Below are positions 29,327-39,026 of a DNA stretch of 64,000 nt, piece after piece; position 1 is the first letter of the stretch; each line of letters opens with the position of its first letter. The stretch is from an uncultured Actinomycetota bacterium (GTDB lineage Bacteria > Actinomycetota > Actinomycetes > JAHEKZ01), in contig CAWHIJ010000003.1 of the NCBI GenBank assembly GCA_963829525.1, positions 928,001-992,000 of the forward strand. The letters are read 5' to 3'. Made by a program: the position numbers and the translations under genes. The notes under the pieces are model-generated. The model searched no databases, had not been told where the DNA came from, and saw only the letters and a list, made by a program, of their open reading frames with translations.

Positions 29327-30375
29327 CCACCCATTGTCAGGGGTTGGTTCGACTCTGGCCACGCGCAGCCGCACTCAGGGTGTTGGACGAGGTGGCGAAG
29401 CGTTGTGGCGGCGTGCGGGGCCGCTACCTCGACGAAACCGCCGATCGACGGCGGGTGTCCTCCCGAGAGCCAGTCCAGTACATGTGTCGCCGCAATCTGG
29501 GCGGTGATCGCGATGAGTGTTGCGTCGGCGTCGGGAGTCGGGTGGGAGCACTGTTGTCGCCAAACTTGGGGCCAGCCATCGTCGACGTCACGGCGCGCCA
29601 GCTCGAGGCAGAACTGGCAAGGGGACTGACCAGGTCGGACGAGAGGACCGACCCGTCCGATCAGCTCATGGCACGACACCACGAGGTGAGCAGTTCCGTC
29701 GGCAGCCAGAGATCGGCATCGATGGTGGGTTTCGACCGCATCGGTGACGACAACCAGCTGCCGGTCCACGTGGTTGGACGGGGTCCCGCTGCTCCACTCG
29801 GCGTGGGCCAGCAGAAGATCCGCGCGACGCCCGCCCACGTCGCTCGGGGCGAAGCCACCAAGGGATACATCAGCAGACGTGACGCGTCGGGAATCGTCGA
29901 GCTCGACGCGCGCAACCCCAGCCGCGGCCAGCGAGTGTCCGAGGACGGCCCCGAGCCTGCTGACGCCAACAACCGTCACCCGTGATCGGTTGAGGGCGTC
30001 CCAGCGAGCAGCGGGCTCCCGACGCCACCGCTCGAGTGCGCTAGTGGCTCTGACATCTGGCTCAAGACGTTCCCGGAGACCGCTCGCGAGTGGCAGGCGC
30101 CCCGGCCAGTGACCGCCATCGACCAGGACGCCGAGATCGGCCAGGTGAGCCAACACGGCGGCTGAGTCAGCGCCGTTGGTGGCATCATCTCCGTCAGCGA
30201 CGAGCTGGGCGACGAGCTCTTGCTCAGTGCGGACGCCGTCGAGCTCGGCCAGAAGCCGACGTCCGACTGACGGGAGGCCGGCGACGATGAGTGGCTGCGG
30301 TACGTCGATGCCGAACTGCACGGTGTCTGGTGACCGCCAGGCCCAGCGCAGGCCTGGGCAGAGCATGGGTCGCAC
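29323..30375 (-). CDS. ThiF-like / cyclodehydratase-docking-like protein (Rv3196-like)
   Basis: Rossmann VVGVSRLG, VGPLVRPG.SPCQFC, C-terminal HPECGC. Confidence 0.75.
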   Translation of the reverse strand: MRPMLCPGLRWAWRSPDTVQFGIDVPQPLIVAGLPSVGRRLLAELDGVRTEQELVAQLVADGDDATNGADSAAVLAHLADLGVLVDGGHWPGRLPLASGLRERLEPDVRATSALERWRREPAARWDALNRSRVTVVGVSRLGAVLGHSLAAAGVARVELDDSRRVTSADVSLGGFAPSDVGGRRADLLLAHAEWSSGTPSNHVDRQLVVVTDAVETHHRCRSLAADGTAHLVVSCHELIGRVGPLVRPGQSPCQFCLELARRDVDDGWPQVWRQQCSHPTPDADATLIAITAQIAATHVLDWLSGGHPPSIGGFVEVAAPHAATTLRHLVQHPECGCAWPESNQPLTMGG

Positions 30376-30471
30376 GCGGATCTCCCAACGGCCGAGATTG
30401 GCAAAGCCGCAGGGTGGCACGACAGCGCCCGGCGCGGGCGCGATTCACAGGAGTGGGACCGGATGGGGACG

Positions 30472-30509
30472 GACAAAGCGCCCCCCGGAGAACCGGAGGA
30501 CGCTCTGTC
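30472..30509 (-). terminator. Probable terminator of the DUF5679 gene
   Basis: GACAAAGCG..CCGG-AGAA-CCGG..CGCTCTGTC imperfect hairpin. Confidence 0.5.
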
Positions 30510-30541
30510 GCCGTGTCGGGGAAGGGTAAGGCGGGAAGGCT

Positions 30542-30697
30542 TCAGGCCTTACCGAGGATGCGGTTCAGCTTGGTGCCGCAGACCGGGCAGATGCCCTTGG
30601 CCATCCGGCGGCCGTTGGTCTCGTGCACTTCGCCGGTGAAATCGCGCTTTTCCTTGCACTTCACGCAGTAGGCGTCGCCGGTGTAGCTCTCGGCCAT
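30542..30697 (-). CDS. DUF5679 small Zn-ribbon protein (51 aa)
   Basis: AYCVKCKEKR...AKGICPVCGTKLNRILG; CAGGAGG RBS. Confidence 0.85.
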   Translation of the reverse strand: MAESYTGDAYCVKCKEKRDFTGEVHETNGRRMAKGICPVCGTKLNRILGKA

Positions 30698-30818
30698 CGT
30701 GGAGTCCTCCTGCTCGTCGTCGGAACGGCTGGTCCGCTCCGGGGCCACGGAGGCCGTGGCCGATGAACCGCACTCTACGTCAGGAGGGCGTCAGGAGCCG
30801 GGATCGGCGCGACCAGCC

Positions 30819-31132
30819 TTACCCACAGGTTATCCACAGGATCGAGGGGTCGGCGATACACGAAGCCCCCGGGTCGCGTTGTGCGGCGCTCGCCTTCCCC
30901 TTGCGAGCGCCGCACCCGTTATCCCGGGGGCTTCGACGCGGGAGAACGTAGAACGTCCGGTGCAGGCACGTCAACGTCGCGCGGCCCTCGCCTGTGGACC
31001 GACTTGGGGATGACCTGGGGACAGGGCGGCGTGTTGCTGTGGACGACAGGGGAACATCCTGGGGACGGAAATCGAATTAGTCAGCCGGGCCGCCGTTGAC
31101 CTGCGGTGATGTGGTCCCAAGGGTGTGGACGA
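30819..31132. promoter_or_regulatory. Cluster of DnaA-box-like 9-mers flanking a long hairpin
   Basis: Perfect TTATCCACA 30830-30838, TTACCCACA 30819-30827, and reverse-oriented degenerate boxes at 30993, 31005, 31016, 31038, 31060, 31124. Confidence 0.6.
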
Positions 31133-31169
31133 AAAATACTTTGTGGGACACGCCGTCTACGGTGGCGTC

Positions 31170-31706
31170 ATGAGCTTCTCAGCGGCCTCCGCCGGCCCTC
31201 CCGACGTCGAGGTCCGGCGCAGTCCTCGGCGCCGGCGCACCGTCTCGGCCTACCGCGAGGGCGAGCGCACGATCGTGTTGCTGCCCGCCCGAATGTCGGC
31301 TGCTGAGGAGCAGCAGTGGGTGACCACGATGCTCGAACGGCTCGAAGCGCAAGAGCGACGCAGCAAGCCGTCCGATGACGAGCTGTGGGTGCGCGCTCAG
31401 CGCCTTTCATCTCGCTATCTCGACGGCAGGGCACGTCCGGGCAGTGTCCGGTGGGTGTCGAACCAGCGGTCCCGTTGGGGCTCCTGCACAGTGCAGGATG
31501 CCTCCATCCGGCTCTCCGATCGTCTTCAGGGCATGCCGGAGTGGGTCATCGACTACGTCCTGCTACATGAGTTGGCGCACTTGCTCGAGCATTCCCACGG
31601 TCCGCGCTTCTGGGCGCTCCTGGAAGGCTATTCAGATCTCGAGCGAGCCCGTGGGTTCCTCGACGGGTGGTCGCTGGCCCTGCAGCGCGCAGGCGTCTCG
31701 CTCTAG
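31170..31706 (+). CDS. YgjP/DUF45-like (M48-annotated) metal-dependent hydrolase
   Basis: VEVRRSPRRRRTV, RWGSCT, YVLLHELAHL, HGPRFW. Confidence 0.88.
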   Translation: MSFSAASAGPPDVEVRRSPRRRRTVSAYREGERTIVLLPARMSAAEEQQWVTTMLERLEAQERRSKPSDDELWVRAQRLSSRYLDGRARPGSVRWVSNQRSRWGSCTVQDASIRLSDRLQGMPEWVIDYVLLHELAHLLEHSHGPRFWALLEGYSDLERARGFLDGWSLALQRAGVSL

Positions 31707-32260
31707 CGCCTCCGCGCGTCCGCTCCGTGGGCCATCGCGTAGGCGACGAGCTGACGCACCGCGTCATCGGTCTGACTGGGTAGATCGTCAGGGGTGAACC
31801 ACTGCACATCGAGTGACTCGCTGCTGACGGTGGGTTCGGCGCCAGCGGGTGCGACCGCCAGGTACTGCACATCGAGGTGGTGACGGGCGTTGACGTCGCA
31901 GGGAGCAGCGTGCCGGTCCAGGCGCACCGGCTCCGAACCCATCAGTCTCAGTGCTTCGATCCCCGACTCTTCCCTGGCCTCGCGCAGGGCAGCGCTGGCA
32001 ACGGAGGTGTCGTCGTCCTCGATGTGCCCGCCGAACTGCAGCCACAGGCCAACCTTGCGATGCAAGCAGAGCAGCACTCGGGAGCCGGAGCTGTCGACGA
32101 CAAGGGCCGACGCAGTCAGGTGGTCGGGGCGGCAAACTCGACTGCACCCATCGTCGTGGACCGCCAGATGCGAGACGAATGCGTCCCGCAAGGAAGCCTG
32201 CGAGGGCGTGGGCGGCTGCCAGTTTGCGAGCTCATCCCGGGCGGAGGCCGACAGGCTCAT
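31703..32260 (-). CDS. NUDIX hydrolase
   Basis: HLTASALV, WLQFGGHIE...ALREAREESG, HLDVQY. Confidence 0.88.
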   Translation of the reverse strand: MSLSASARDELANWQPPTPSQASLRDAFVSHLAVHDDGCSRVCRPDHLTASALVVDSSGSRVLLCLHRKVGLWLQFGGHIEDDDTSVASAALREAREESGIEALRLMGSEPVRLDRHAAPCDVNARHHLDVQYLAVAPAGAEPTVSSESLDVQWFTPDDLPSQTDDAVRQLVAYAMAHGADARRR

Positions 32261-33567
32261 TCCTGGGGCGGGGGGTGCTCGTCGGGTGACTCGGTGTCGG
32301 TGAGGGTGCTGATGTCCCAGTCAGCCGACGCCGCTTTCGTGGCGAAGCCAACGGGATCGTCCAGTGCTGCGAGATCGGGAAGCAGGTCAGGATGCGACCA
32401 CAGGTCGTCCCGCTCTGCCATGGAACGGTGCTCGGCCACCGCACGCCAGAGTGCTGACGCCTCGCGTAGCCGCCGGGGGCGCAGGTTGAGACCGACCAAC
32501 GTCTCGAAGGTGTGCTCGGCGGGACCGCCAGAGGCGCGGCGGCGTCTCATTGTCTCGCGCAAGGCACCAGCAGCGGGGAGCCGAGTGTCGGCCGCTTGGC
32601 TGGTGACGTCGTCGACCCATCCCTCCACCAACGCGAGGAGATGCTCGATGCGGTCGAGTGCCGCTTGCTGATCCGCTGTCGTTGGCGGTTCGAAGACTCC
32701 GGACGACATGAGCTCGGCCATCGCTTGCGGCTGGGAGGGGTCGATGCCGCCGAGAGCCTGTTCGATCCCGGCCATGTCCACCGAGATGCCCCTGGCATAG
32801 TCGGTCACGGCGGCTTCGATGCGAGAAGTCAGCCAGGTCGCGTGCTGGAAGAGTCGGACGTGCGCGCACTCGCGCAGGGCCAGGTAGATCCGCACTTGGT
32901 CGGGAGGAACGCCGAGACCGGCGCCGAACTCAGTCACGTTTCGGGGAATGAGCGCCACGACACCAGTCGGTGCAAGGGGAACGCCGATGTCAGTCGAGGT
33001 GAGGACCTCTTGGGCGAGAGCGCCGAGGCCTTGGCCGACCTGTCCGCCGAACATCACCCCCGACATCTGTCCCATCATCCCCATCAACGGCGCGGCCATC
33101 GCGCGCATCTCCTCGGGCATCTGGCCGGGCATCGCTTCCGCCGAGGCTTGAGCCATGCGCTCAGCCAGGGGCATGACGAGCAGCTTCCACCTCGGCAACG
33201 TCTGTTCGACCCACTCCGACCGGCTCCAGGCCCGTGCGGTGATGCCTGCTGATGGCAACGTGGTCGCCTCGTTGAGCCAGACGTCGGCGATCTCGACAGC
33301 TTCGCTGACCGACGCGCGTTCAAGGGACGAGACCGACGGGTCTCCTTCGGCTGCCACGAGCTGGCGCGCTGTGTCATGGGCCAACTGCCAGTGCACCGGG
33401 CCCGACGACGTCGACAGCAGCTGTCCGAATCGCTGAAGCGCTGCGCCGAGGTCGGCGGCCCCTGCACCGCCGAACATCGCGGCGAAGGGGTCAGCGGGGG
33501 TGTCTGAACTCTTGTCTGGGTCTTCGGGATCGGGTAACCCGAAACCGAACGGAACGTCGCTCACCAT
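32257..33567 (-). CDS. Zincin-like metalloprotease family protein (Rv3195-like)
   Basis: AWSRSEW, LRECAHVRLF, LALVEGWV, RRRRASGGPAE; start 33567 or 33564. Confidence 0.85.
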   Translation of the reverse strand: MVSDVPFGFGLPDPEDPDKSSDTPADPFAAMFGGAGAADLGAALQRFGQLLSTSSGPVHWQLAHDTARQLVAAEGDPSVSSLERASVSEAVEIADVWLNEATTLPSAGITARAWSRSEWVEQTLPRWKLLVMPLAERMAQASAEAMPGQMPEEMRAMAAPLMGMMGQMSGVMFGGQVGQGLGALAQEVLTSTDIGVPLAPTGVVALIPRNVTEFGAGLGVPPDQVRIYLALRECAHVRLFQHATWLTSRIEAAVTDYARGISVDMAGIEQALGGIDPSQPQAMAELMSSGVFEPPTTADQQAALDRIEHLLALVEGWVDDVTSQAADTRLPAAGALRETMRRRRASGGPAEHTFETLVGLNLRPRRLREASALWRAVAEHRSMAERDDLWSHPDLLPDLAALDDPVGFATKAASADWDISTLTDTESPDEHPPPQE

Positions 33568-33652
33568 GTCACCGTAACCGCCGCCGCTACCTGTTGCGTC
33601 CTGAGATCGCTCCCGGCGTAACGGGTCGGATCGTCCCGATAGGTTCGACCCC

Positions 33653-34081
33653 ATGCAGTCAGCTGTGGCCATTGTCGACACCCCACTCTCGGTGGACGCC
33701 GTGCTCGCTGCCGTCACCCACCCTGGGGCAGGCGGTGTCGTCGTCTTTGTTGGCGCCGTTCGTGACCACGACGGGCTCGAGGGGGCCGAGCAGGCAGTCC
33801 GTGCGCTGGAGTACTCCGCACACCCCAGCGCGCTCGGCGAGCTCGAGCGGGTGGTGGCTGCCGTGGCTGCGGCGCATCCAGAGGCGCGGTTGGCGGCCCA
33901 TCACCGCACCGGATCCCTGCAGATCGGTGATCTCGCTGTCGTAGTGGCGGCAGCTGCTGCCCACCGCGACGATGCGTTCGAGGCAGCCCGTCGCCTGATC
34001 GACGACCTCAAGGCACAGGTGCCGATCTGGAAGCACCAAACCTTCACGGATGGTTCTGAGGAGTGGGTGGGCCTGCCGTAG
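33653..34081 (+). CDS. moaE: Molybdopterin synthase catalytic subunit MoaE
   Basis: FVGAVR, LEYSAH, HRTGSL, HRDDAF, LKAQVPIWKHQ. Confidence 0.9.
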   Translation: MQSAVAIVDTPLSVDAVLAAVTHPGAGGVVVFVGAVRDHDGLEGAEQAVRALEYSAHPSALGELERVVAAVAAAHPEARLAAHHRTGSLQIGDLAVVVAAAAAHRDDAFEAARRLIDDLKAQVPIWKHQTFTDGSEEWVGLP

Positions 34082-34124
34082 CATGGTCCCAGCACCCAAG
34101 CATTTCTGACGAGAGGCGAATGCC

Positions 34125-34349
34125 GTGGAAGCGATGGCATGGTGGTTGATTCCCATCGTCGCCACGTTCCTCGCCGTGGTTTGGGTCACCTGGCGGGCAC
34201 GGCCTCGGCGTCCCGTCGATCCCCACGACTCGCTCGCCGCACACCGCCGATTCACCGAGGCTTTGAGCCCGCCGGCCCCACCGCCTGACGTGAACCGGGT
34301 GGCTGAGGGCGAGGCCGAGCTGTCGCGCCAGAACCGTCGCTCGGCCTGA
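34125..34349 (+). CDS. Small membrane-anchored hypothetical protein
   Basis: N-terminal TM WWLIPIVATFLAVVWV; GAGAGG RBS; operonic position. Confidence 0.7.
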   Translation: MEAMAWWLIPIVATFLAVVWVTWRARPRRPVDPHDSLAAHRRFTEALSPPAPPPDVNRVAEGEAELSRQNRRSA

Positions 34350-34353
34350 GCTC

Positions 34354-35415
34354 GTGACGCGCCGGGCGCGCACGACCGCCCTGATTCTGACGTTTGTCGC
34401 TCTCGTTGCGACGATGGCCGTTGCACTCTCCCGCCCGGTTCCCTACGTGCAGCTCTCACCTGGCCCGGTGTACGACGCGCTGGGTGACAACCAGGGGGAC
34501 CCTGTCGTCTCCATCTCCGGCGCAAAGACATACCCCACCGATGGATCATTGGGGATAACCACCGTCTACGAGACGGGGGCTCCAGGCAGTCGGCTGACGC
34601 TGGCGCAGGCATTCCGTGGCTGGATCGACCCTGCCGTCGACGTTGTGCCCCGAGACCTGCTCTTCCCACCGGACGCCTTCAATGGCGACGATCCCGGTGA
34701 CGCCTTTCAGCGCCAGGGCGCCGCGCAGATGAGCGAGTCCGAGCAGAGTGCGGTGGCGGCCGCACTGAACTATGTCGGCGAGCCGGTCACCTACGAAGTG
34801 GTGATTGACCAGGTCCAGCCGGATGCGCCAGCCGAGGGCGCTCTTGTGCCCGGCGACACTCTGCTCAAGATCAACGGCATACCGGTGCCCGACTATCGCA
34901 GCGTTCAGCGCGTCATGAGTGATGTGCAACCTGGCGACGAAGTCACCATCAAGGTGCGCAGGGACGGCGCGGTGGTGGCCGAAACAGTCACGACCGAGGC
35001 TAACCCTGACGATGCAGAGCGTGCCTACCTCGGTGTACTGCTGCGGCTCGGGTTCACCAGCCCAGTCGACGTCCAGTTGAATCTCAACAACGTCGGTGGA
35101 CCGAGTGCGGGATTGATCTTCAGCCTTGCGATCGTCGACTCCCTGACACCAGATCAGCTGGCAGCGGGCCGGGCGGTCGCCGGTACTGGCACGATCAGCC
35201 CAGAGGGGCGCGTCGGGCCGATCGGTGGGATCGTTCAGAAGATGTACGGGGCGCGCGAGGACGGCGCGAGTATCTTCTTGGCCCCACGGTCGAACTGCGG
35301 CGAGGTCGTTGGCAACGAGCCCGATGGCTTGAAGGTCATCGCTGTCCGGACTCTGGATGAGGCGGTCAGTGCGCTCGACGGTGACGGCAAGCCACAAAGC
35401 TGCCCGACTGATTAG
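34354..35415 (+). CDS. PDZ + Lon-like serine protease (YlbL/Rv3194c-like)
   Basis: Signal/TM, PDZ, GGPSAGL (Ser) and IGGIVQK (Lys) dyad. Confidence 0.9.
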   Translation: MTRRARTTALILTFVALVATMAVALSRPVPYVQLSPGPVYDALGDNQGDPVVSISGAKTYPTDGSLGITTVYETGAPGSRLTLAQAFRGWIDPAVDVVPRDLLFPPDAFNGDDPGDAFQRQGAAQMSESEQSAVAAALNYVGEPVTYEVVIDQVQPDAPAEGALVPGDTLLKINGIPVPDYRSVQRVMSDVQPGDEVTIKVRRDGAVVAETVTTEANPDDAERAYLGVLLRLGFTSPVDVQLNLNNVGGPSAGLIFSLAIVDSLTPDQLAAGRAVAGTGTISPEGRVGPIGGIVQKMYGAREDGASIFLAPRSNCGEVVGNEPDGLKVIAVRTLDEAVSALDGDGKPQSCPTD

Positions 35416-35428
35416 GAAGTTGTTGCCC

Positions 35429-35896
35429 TCAGCTGAGGGTGTGCATCAGCAAGTCGCCGAGGCCGGAGATCAAGTCGGTTCCGACGATCACGGTCTCTGG
35501 CGAGTCGTGCTCCCGAAGCCGCAAAACCGTGCAGCGACTCCCATCACGCAGAACGGCCATCGTCAAGCGGAGTTCGTGCTGAGACTCCCGATCTGACCCG
35601 GCTGGTGGCACCATGATGCGCTCGGCGCTCACGGCGACCCCGTCGACTGAGGGTGGCCACCCGATCCCTCCGAGCAGCTCATCAAGATCACCGTGCGCTG
35701 GCAGGCCCTCTTGCTCGATCGTGGTCCAGGGGCTGTCTGCGGGGCTTCCCAGGAGTTGAGCGGCCAGAGAGGGCTCGCGCTCGAGAAGTTGGCGCGTGTC
35801 GGAGATGGCGAATAGCCGAGTCGGCTGGTCCCATCCGTCGTGGGCGACGAAGATGTCGAGGTCTCGGGCTGTCTGCTCCAGGGCTGGAGGAATCAC
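35429..35896 (-). CDS. PPA1309 family hypothetical protein
   Basis: GWDQPTRLFA, IEQE, IGWPPSVDG, ELRL..AVLRDG; usual position between YlbL and UPF0182. Confidence 0.75.
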   Translation of the reverse strand: MIPPALEQTARDLDIFVAHDGWDQPTRLFAISDTRQLLEREPSLAAQLLGSPADSPWTTIEQEGLPAHGDLDELLGGIGWPPSVDGVAVSAERIMVPPAGSDRESQHELRLTMAVLRDGSRCTVLRLREHDSPETVIVGTDLISGLGDLLMHTLS

Positions 35897-35974
35897 GAGC
35901 CCATGGTGGCACGTGTCGTCGGCGGAGGGGACCACGGTGCGCGCCGATGCGCGAAGCACAGTTAGTGTGATGGG

Positions 35975-38974
35975 GTGAGTTTCGACGCCCCACCGCCATC
36001 GGCCCCTCCTCAGGGACCGCCGACCGGACCGACGCCCAGAGGTTCGCGCCGCCGGGGAGCACTGCTGCCGACGCTGGCAATCTTGGCCGTGCTGCTCGTC
36101 GCGTTCGCGATCTTCGCCGGCTACTACACCGACTGGCTCTGGTACAAAGCAGCGGGATTCACCTCCGTCTACACGACTCAACTCGGCGTGCGTCTCGCAC
36201 TCTTCGTGGTGTTCTTCCTGGTGGCCGGTGGTGCCATCGTGCTCAACGGCTACCTTGCGTACCGGTTCCGTCCGATCTTCCGGGCGATCTCCCTGGAGCA
36301 GCAGAGTCTGGACCGCTACCGCCTGGCGCTCGACCCGTTCCGACGCATCCTGCTGATCGGGTTCGGCATCCTGGTGGGCTTCTTCTTCGGCGCCGCGGCC
36401 ATGTCGGAGTGGCGCACGCTCTTGGCGTGGATGAATAGAACGGCCTTCGGAGCGACCGATCCCGAGTTCGGCGTCGACATCTCCTTCTATGTCTTCTCGT
36501 TGCCGTGGTGGCGCTTCATCATCGACAGCAGCATGGTCATCGTGGTTCTCTGCGGTCTTGTTGCTGCAGCGATTCACTACCTGTACGGCGGAATCAGTCC
36601 CGGAACGCCAGGCGAGCGCACGACTCCGGCGGCGCGGGTACAGCTGTCGATCCTCATCGGTCTGTTCATGCTGCTCAAGGCCGCTGCCTACTGGCTTGAT
36701 CGGTACGAACTGGTCATCGCACCGAACTCGCTCTTCACCGGGGCCGGCTACACCGACGTCAAGGCACTTATACCGGCAAAGACCATCCTTACGTTTGTCG
36801 CGCTCATCTGCGCCGCGCTCTTCTTCGTGAATGTCTTCCGCAAGACTTGGCGCCTTGCGGTCCTGAGCCTTGGGCTGCTGGTGCTGAGCTCGGTTGCCAT
36901 CGGCTGGGTGTATCCGAGTCTGGTGCAGCGCCTCCAGGTGAAGCCAACACCGGACGTCAAGGAAGAGCCATACATCCAACGGGCGATCGACTCGACCCGT
37001 GCCGCCTACGATGTCGACAACATCAAAGTTGAGGAGTACATCCCTGCGGCTAATCCCGACGCGCGCGCGTTCGAGGAGTCCAGGGGGACAATCGAGAACG
37101 TCAGGCTGATGGACCCGTCTCGGCTGAGCGACACCTTTGATCAGTTGCAGCAGGTCAAGGGTTTCTACACCTTCCAGGATCCGCTCGACATTGACAGGTA
37201 CACGATCAATGGGAAACAGGCAGACGTCATCGTTGCTCCCCGCGAGATCGACCTGTCCGGGGTTCCCACCGACTCGCGTAACTGGATCAACGACCATCTG
37301 ACGTATACGCACGGATTCGGGCTCGTCGCAGCCTATGGAAACCGGGCCACCGCCAACGGCGAGCCTGACTTTGTCGAGTCAGACCTTCCGCCGCAGGGTG
37401 ACTTGAACATCGATCAGCCCCGGATCTACTTCGGTGAGAAGGTTCCTGACTACTCGATTGTTGGGGCTCCGGAGTCTGTCGAACCGCGTGAGCTGGACTT
37501 CCCCGATGACACTGCCGAGAACGGGCAACAGTCGTACTCCTACACCGGCGATGGGGGCGTGCCGATCGGTTCGTTCTTCGACCAGTTGATGTATGCGTGG
37601 CGATTCCAAGAGACGAACATCTTGCTGTCCGACCGCATCAACTCCGAGTCGCAGATCCTCTACGTGCGCGATCCCCGTGAGCGCGTTGAGCGGGCGGCTC
37701 CATGGCTCACTCTCGACGCAGATCCGTACGCAACCGTGATCGATGGTCGCATCGTCTGGATCGTGGACGGATACACGACAACCGACTCCTATCCGTATTC
37801 GCAGCGCCAGGCTTTTGGTGAGGCGACCACTGACTCGCTCACCACGCAGACGGGCGCCCCAGTCGTTCCGATTCGCGACGAGATCAACTACTTGCGGAAC
37901 TCGGTCAAAGCCACTGTCGATGCCTATGACGGAACTGTCACGCTCTACGCATGGGATGAGTCCGACCCGATTCTTCAGACCTGGTCGAAGGCCTTCCCTG
38001 ACACGGTCAAGCCGCGGGCGGAGATCAGTGAAGAACTGTTGGCTCACATTCGCTACCCCGAAGACATGTTCAAAGTGCAGCGTGAGGTCTACACCCGCTA
38101 CCACGTGACCGACCCGCAGATCTTCTTCGGGGGACAGGACGCTTGGCAGGTGCCGAGCGACCCGACGTCGCCGAGCGGCGGCGAGGTTGCGCAACCGCCG
38201 TACTACCTGACTCTGCAGATGCCAGGCGACGTCGATCCGAAGTTCTCGCTCACAACGACGTTCGCCCCATCTGGCCGCGAGACGCTAGCCGCCTTCATGG
38301 CGGTGAACAGCGAGGCAGGCGATCCGGACTTCGGTCAGATCCGCGCTCTAGCGCTTCCGAGAAACACCACGTTCCCCGGGCCGAGCCAGATGCAGAACAA
38401 CATCGAGTCGAACACCGATGTGTCGAACGCGCTGCTCTCGCTTCGACGAAGCGGCAGCACAGAGGTGGAGATTGGAAACCTGTTGTCCCTGCCGGTGGCC
38501 GGCGGATTGATGTACGTCGAGCCGGTCTACGCACGCGCGACCGAGGGGGCCTCATACCCGAGGCTGAGCAAGGTCATCGTCTCCTTCGGCGACACTGTGT
38601 CGATCGCTGATACCTACGAAGAAGCGCTGCAGCTCTACTTTGGCGGAGTAGCGATTGACAACGGTAATGGCGGGGGCGGGGGTGGCAACGGCGGCGGGAA
38701 TGGCGGTGGCGGCAACGGCGGCGGTGGTGGTGGCGGTTCGAACACAGCCCAGACGCAACAGCGATTGCAGCAAGCCCTGGCCGACGCAGGGGCAGCCTAC
38801 GACCGTGGCCAGCAGGCTTTGGCCAATGGTGACTTCGCCACATATGGCCAGGCTCAAGATGACCTGTTCGCAGCACTGCAGCGAGCAGAGGCCGCTGCCA
38901 ATCAACTTGGTCTGAACGAAACAGCGGCGGTGCCCGATCTTTCTGGTGGGTCAGCGAGCGGTGGTGGGCCTTGA
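35975..38974 (+). CDS. UPF0182 family membrane protein
   Basis: YTDWLW, DPEFGVDISFY, YTHGFG, PRIYFGE, NYLRNSVKA, YVEPVY. Confidence 0.93.
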   Translation: MSFDAPPPSAPPQGPPTGPTPRGSRRRGALLPTLAILAVLLVAFAIFAGYYTDWLWYKAAGFTSVYTTQLGVRLALFVVFFLVAGGAIVLNGYLAYRFRPIFRAISLEQQSLDRYRLALDPFRRILLIGFGILVGFFFGAAAMSEWRTLLAWMNRTAFGATDPEFGVDISFYVFSLPWWRFIIDSSMVIVVLCGLVAAAIHYLYGGISPGTPGERTTPAARVQLSILIGLFMLLKAAAYWLDRYELVIAPNSLFTGAGYTDVKALIPAKTILTFVALICAALFFVNVFRKTWRLAVLSLGLLVLSSVAIGWVYPSLVQRLQVKPTPDVKEEPYIQRAIDSTRAAYDVDNIKVEEYIPAANPDARAFEESRGTIENVRLMDPSRLSDTFDQLQQVKGFYTFQDPLDIDRYTINGKQADVIVAPREIDLSGVPTDSRNWINDHLTYTHGFGLVAAYGNRATANGEPDFVESDLPPQGDLNIDQPRIYFGEKVPDYSIVGAPESVEPRELDFPDDTAENGQQSYSYTGDGGVPIGSFFDQLMYAWRFQETNILLSDRINSESQILYVRDPRERVERAAPWLTLDADPYATVIDGRIVWIVDGYTTTDSYPYSQRQAFGEATTDSLTTQTGAPVVPIRDEINYLRNSVKATVDAYDGTVTLYAWDESDPILQTWSKAFPDTVKPRAEISEELLAHIRYPEDMFKVQREVYTRYHVTDPQIFFGGQDAWQVPSDPTSPSGGEVAQPPYYLTLQMPGDVDPKFSLTTTFAPSGRETLAAFMAVNSEAGDPDFGQIRALALPRNTTFPGPSQMQNNIESNTDVSNALLSLRRSGSTEVEIGNLLSLPVAGGLMYVEPVYARATEGASYPRLSKVIVSFGDTVSIADTYEEALQLYFGGVAIDNGNGGGGGGNGGGNGGGGNGGGGGGGSNTAQTQQRLQQALADAGAAYDRGQQALANGDFATYGQAQDDLFAALQRAEAAANQLGLNETAAVPDLSGGSASGGGP
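38668..38737 (+). repeat. Gly/Asn-coding GGN tandem tract inside UPF0182
   Basis: Encodes GGGGGGNGGGNGGGGNGGGGGGG. Confidence 0.7.
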
Positions 38975-38983
38975 CCACCCGGT

Positions 38984-39013
38984 TTGGATGCCTCGGCGTG
39001 AACCACGTAGGCT
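38984..39013 (+). promoter_or_regulatory. Sigma70-type promoter of tRNA-Met
   Basis: TTGGAT-18 bp-TAGGCT upstream of the tRNA. Confidence 0.5.
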
Positions 39014-39026
39014 AGGCGAGCGCCAA

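Noticed and set aside
28016-30697. ThiF/cyclodehydratase-like gene plus a small Cys peptide as a RiPP (TOMM) cluster
   Set aside because: No YcaO, dehydrogenase or exporter; the gene belongs to the conserved Rv3196-Rv3197-like block and the small ORF is a Zn ribbon, not a leader-core precursor
30819-31132. Chromosomal oriC
   Set aside because: No dnaA, dnaN, rpmH or gyrB nearby and no extended AT-rich unwinding element; kept only as a DnaA-box-like cluster
38668-38737. GGN tandem tract as a CRISPR or contingency repeat
   Set aside because: In-frame Gly/Asn linker with mixed codons, no spacers, no cas genes
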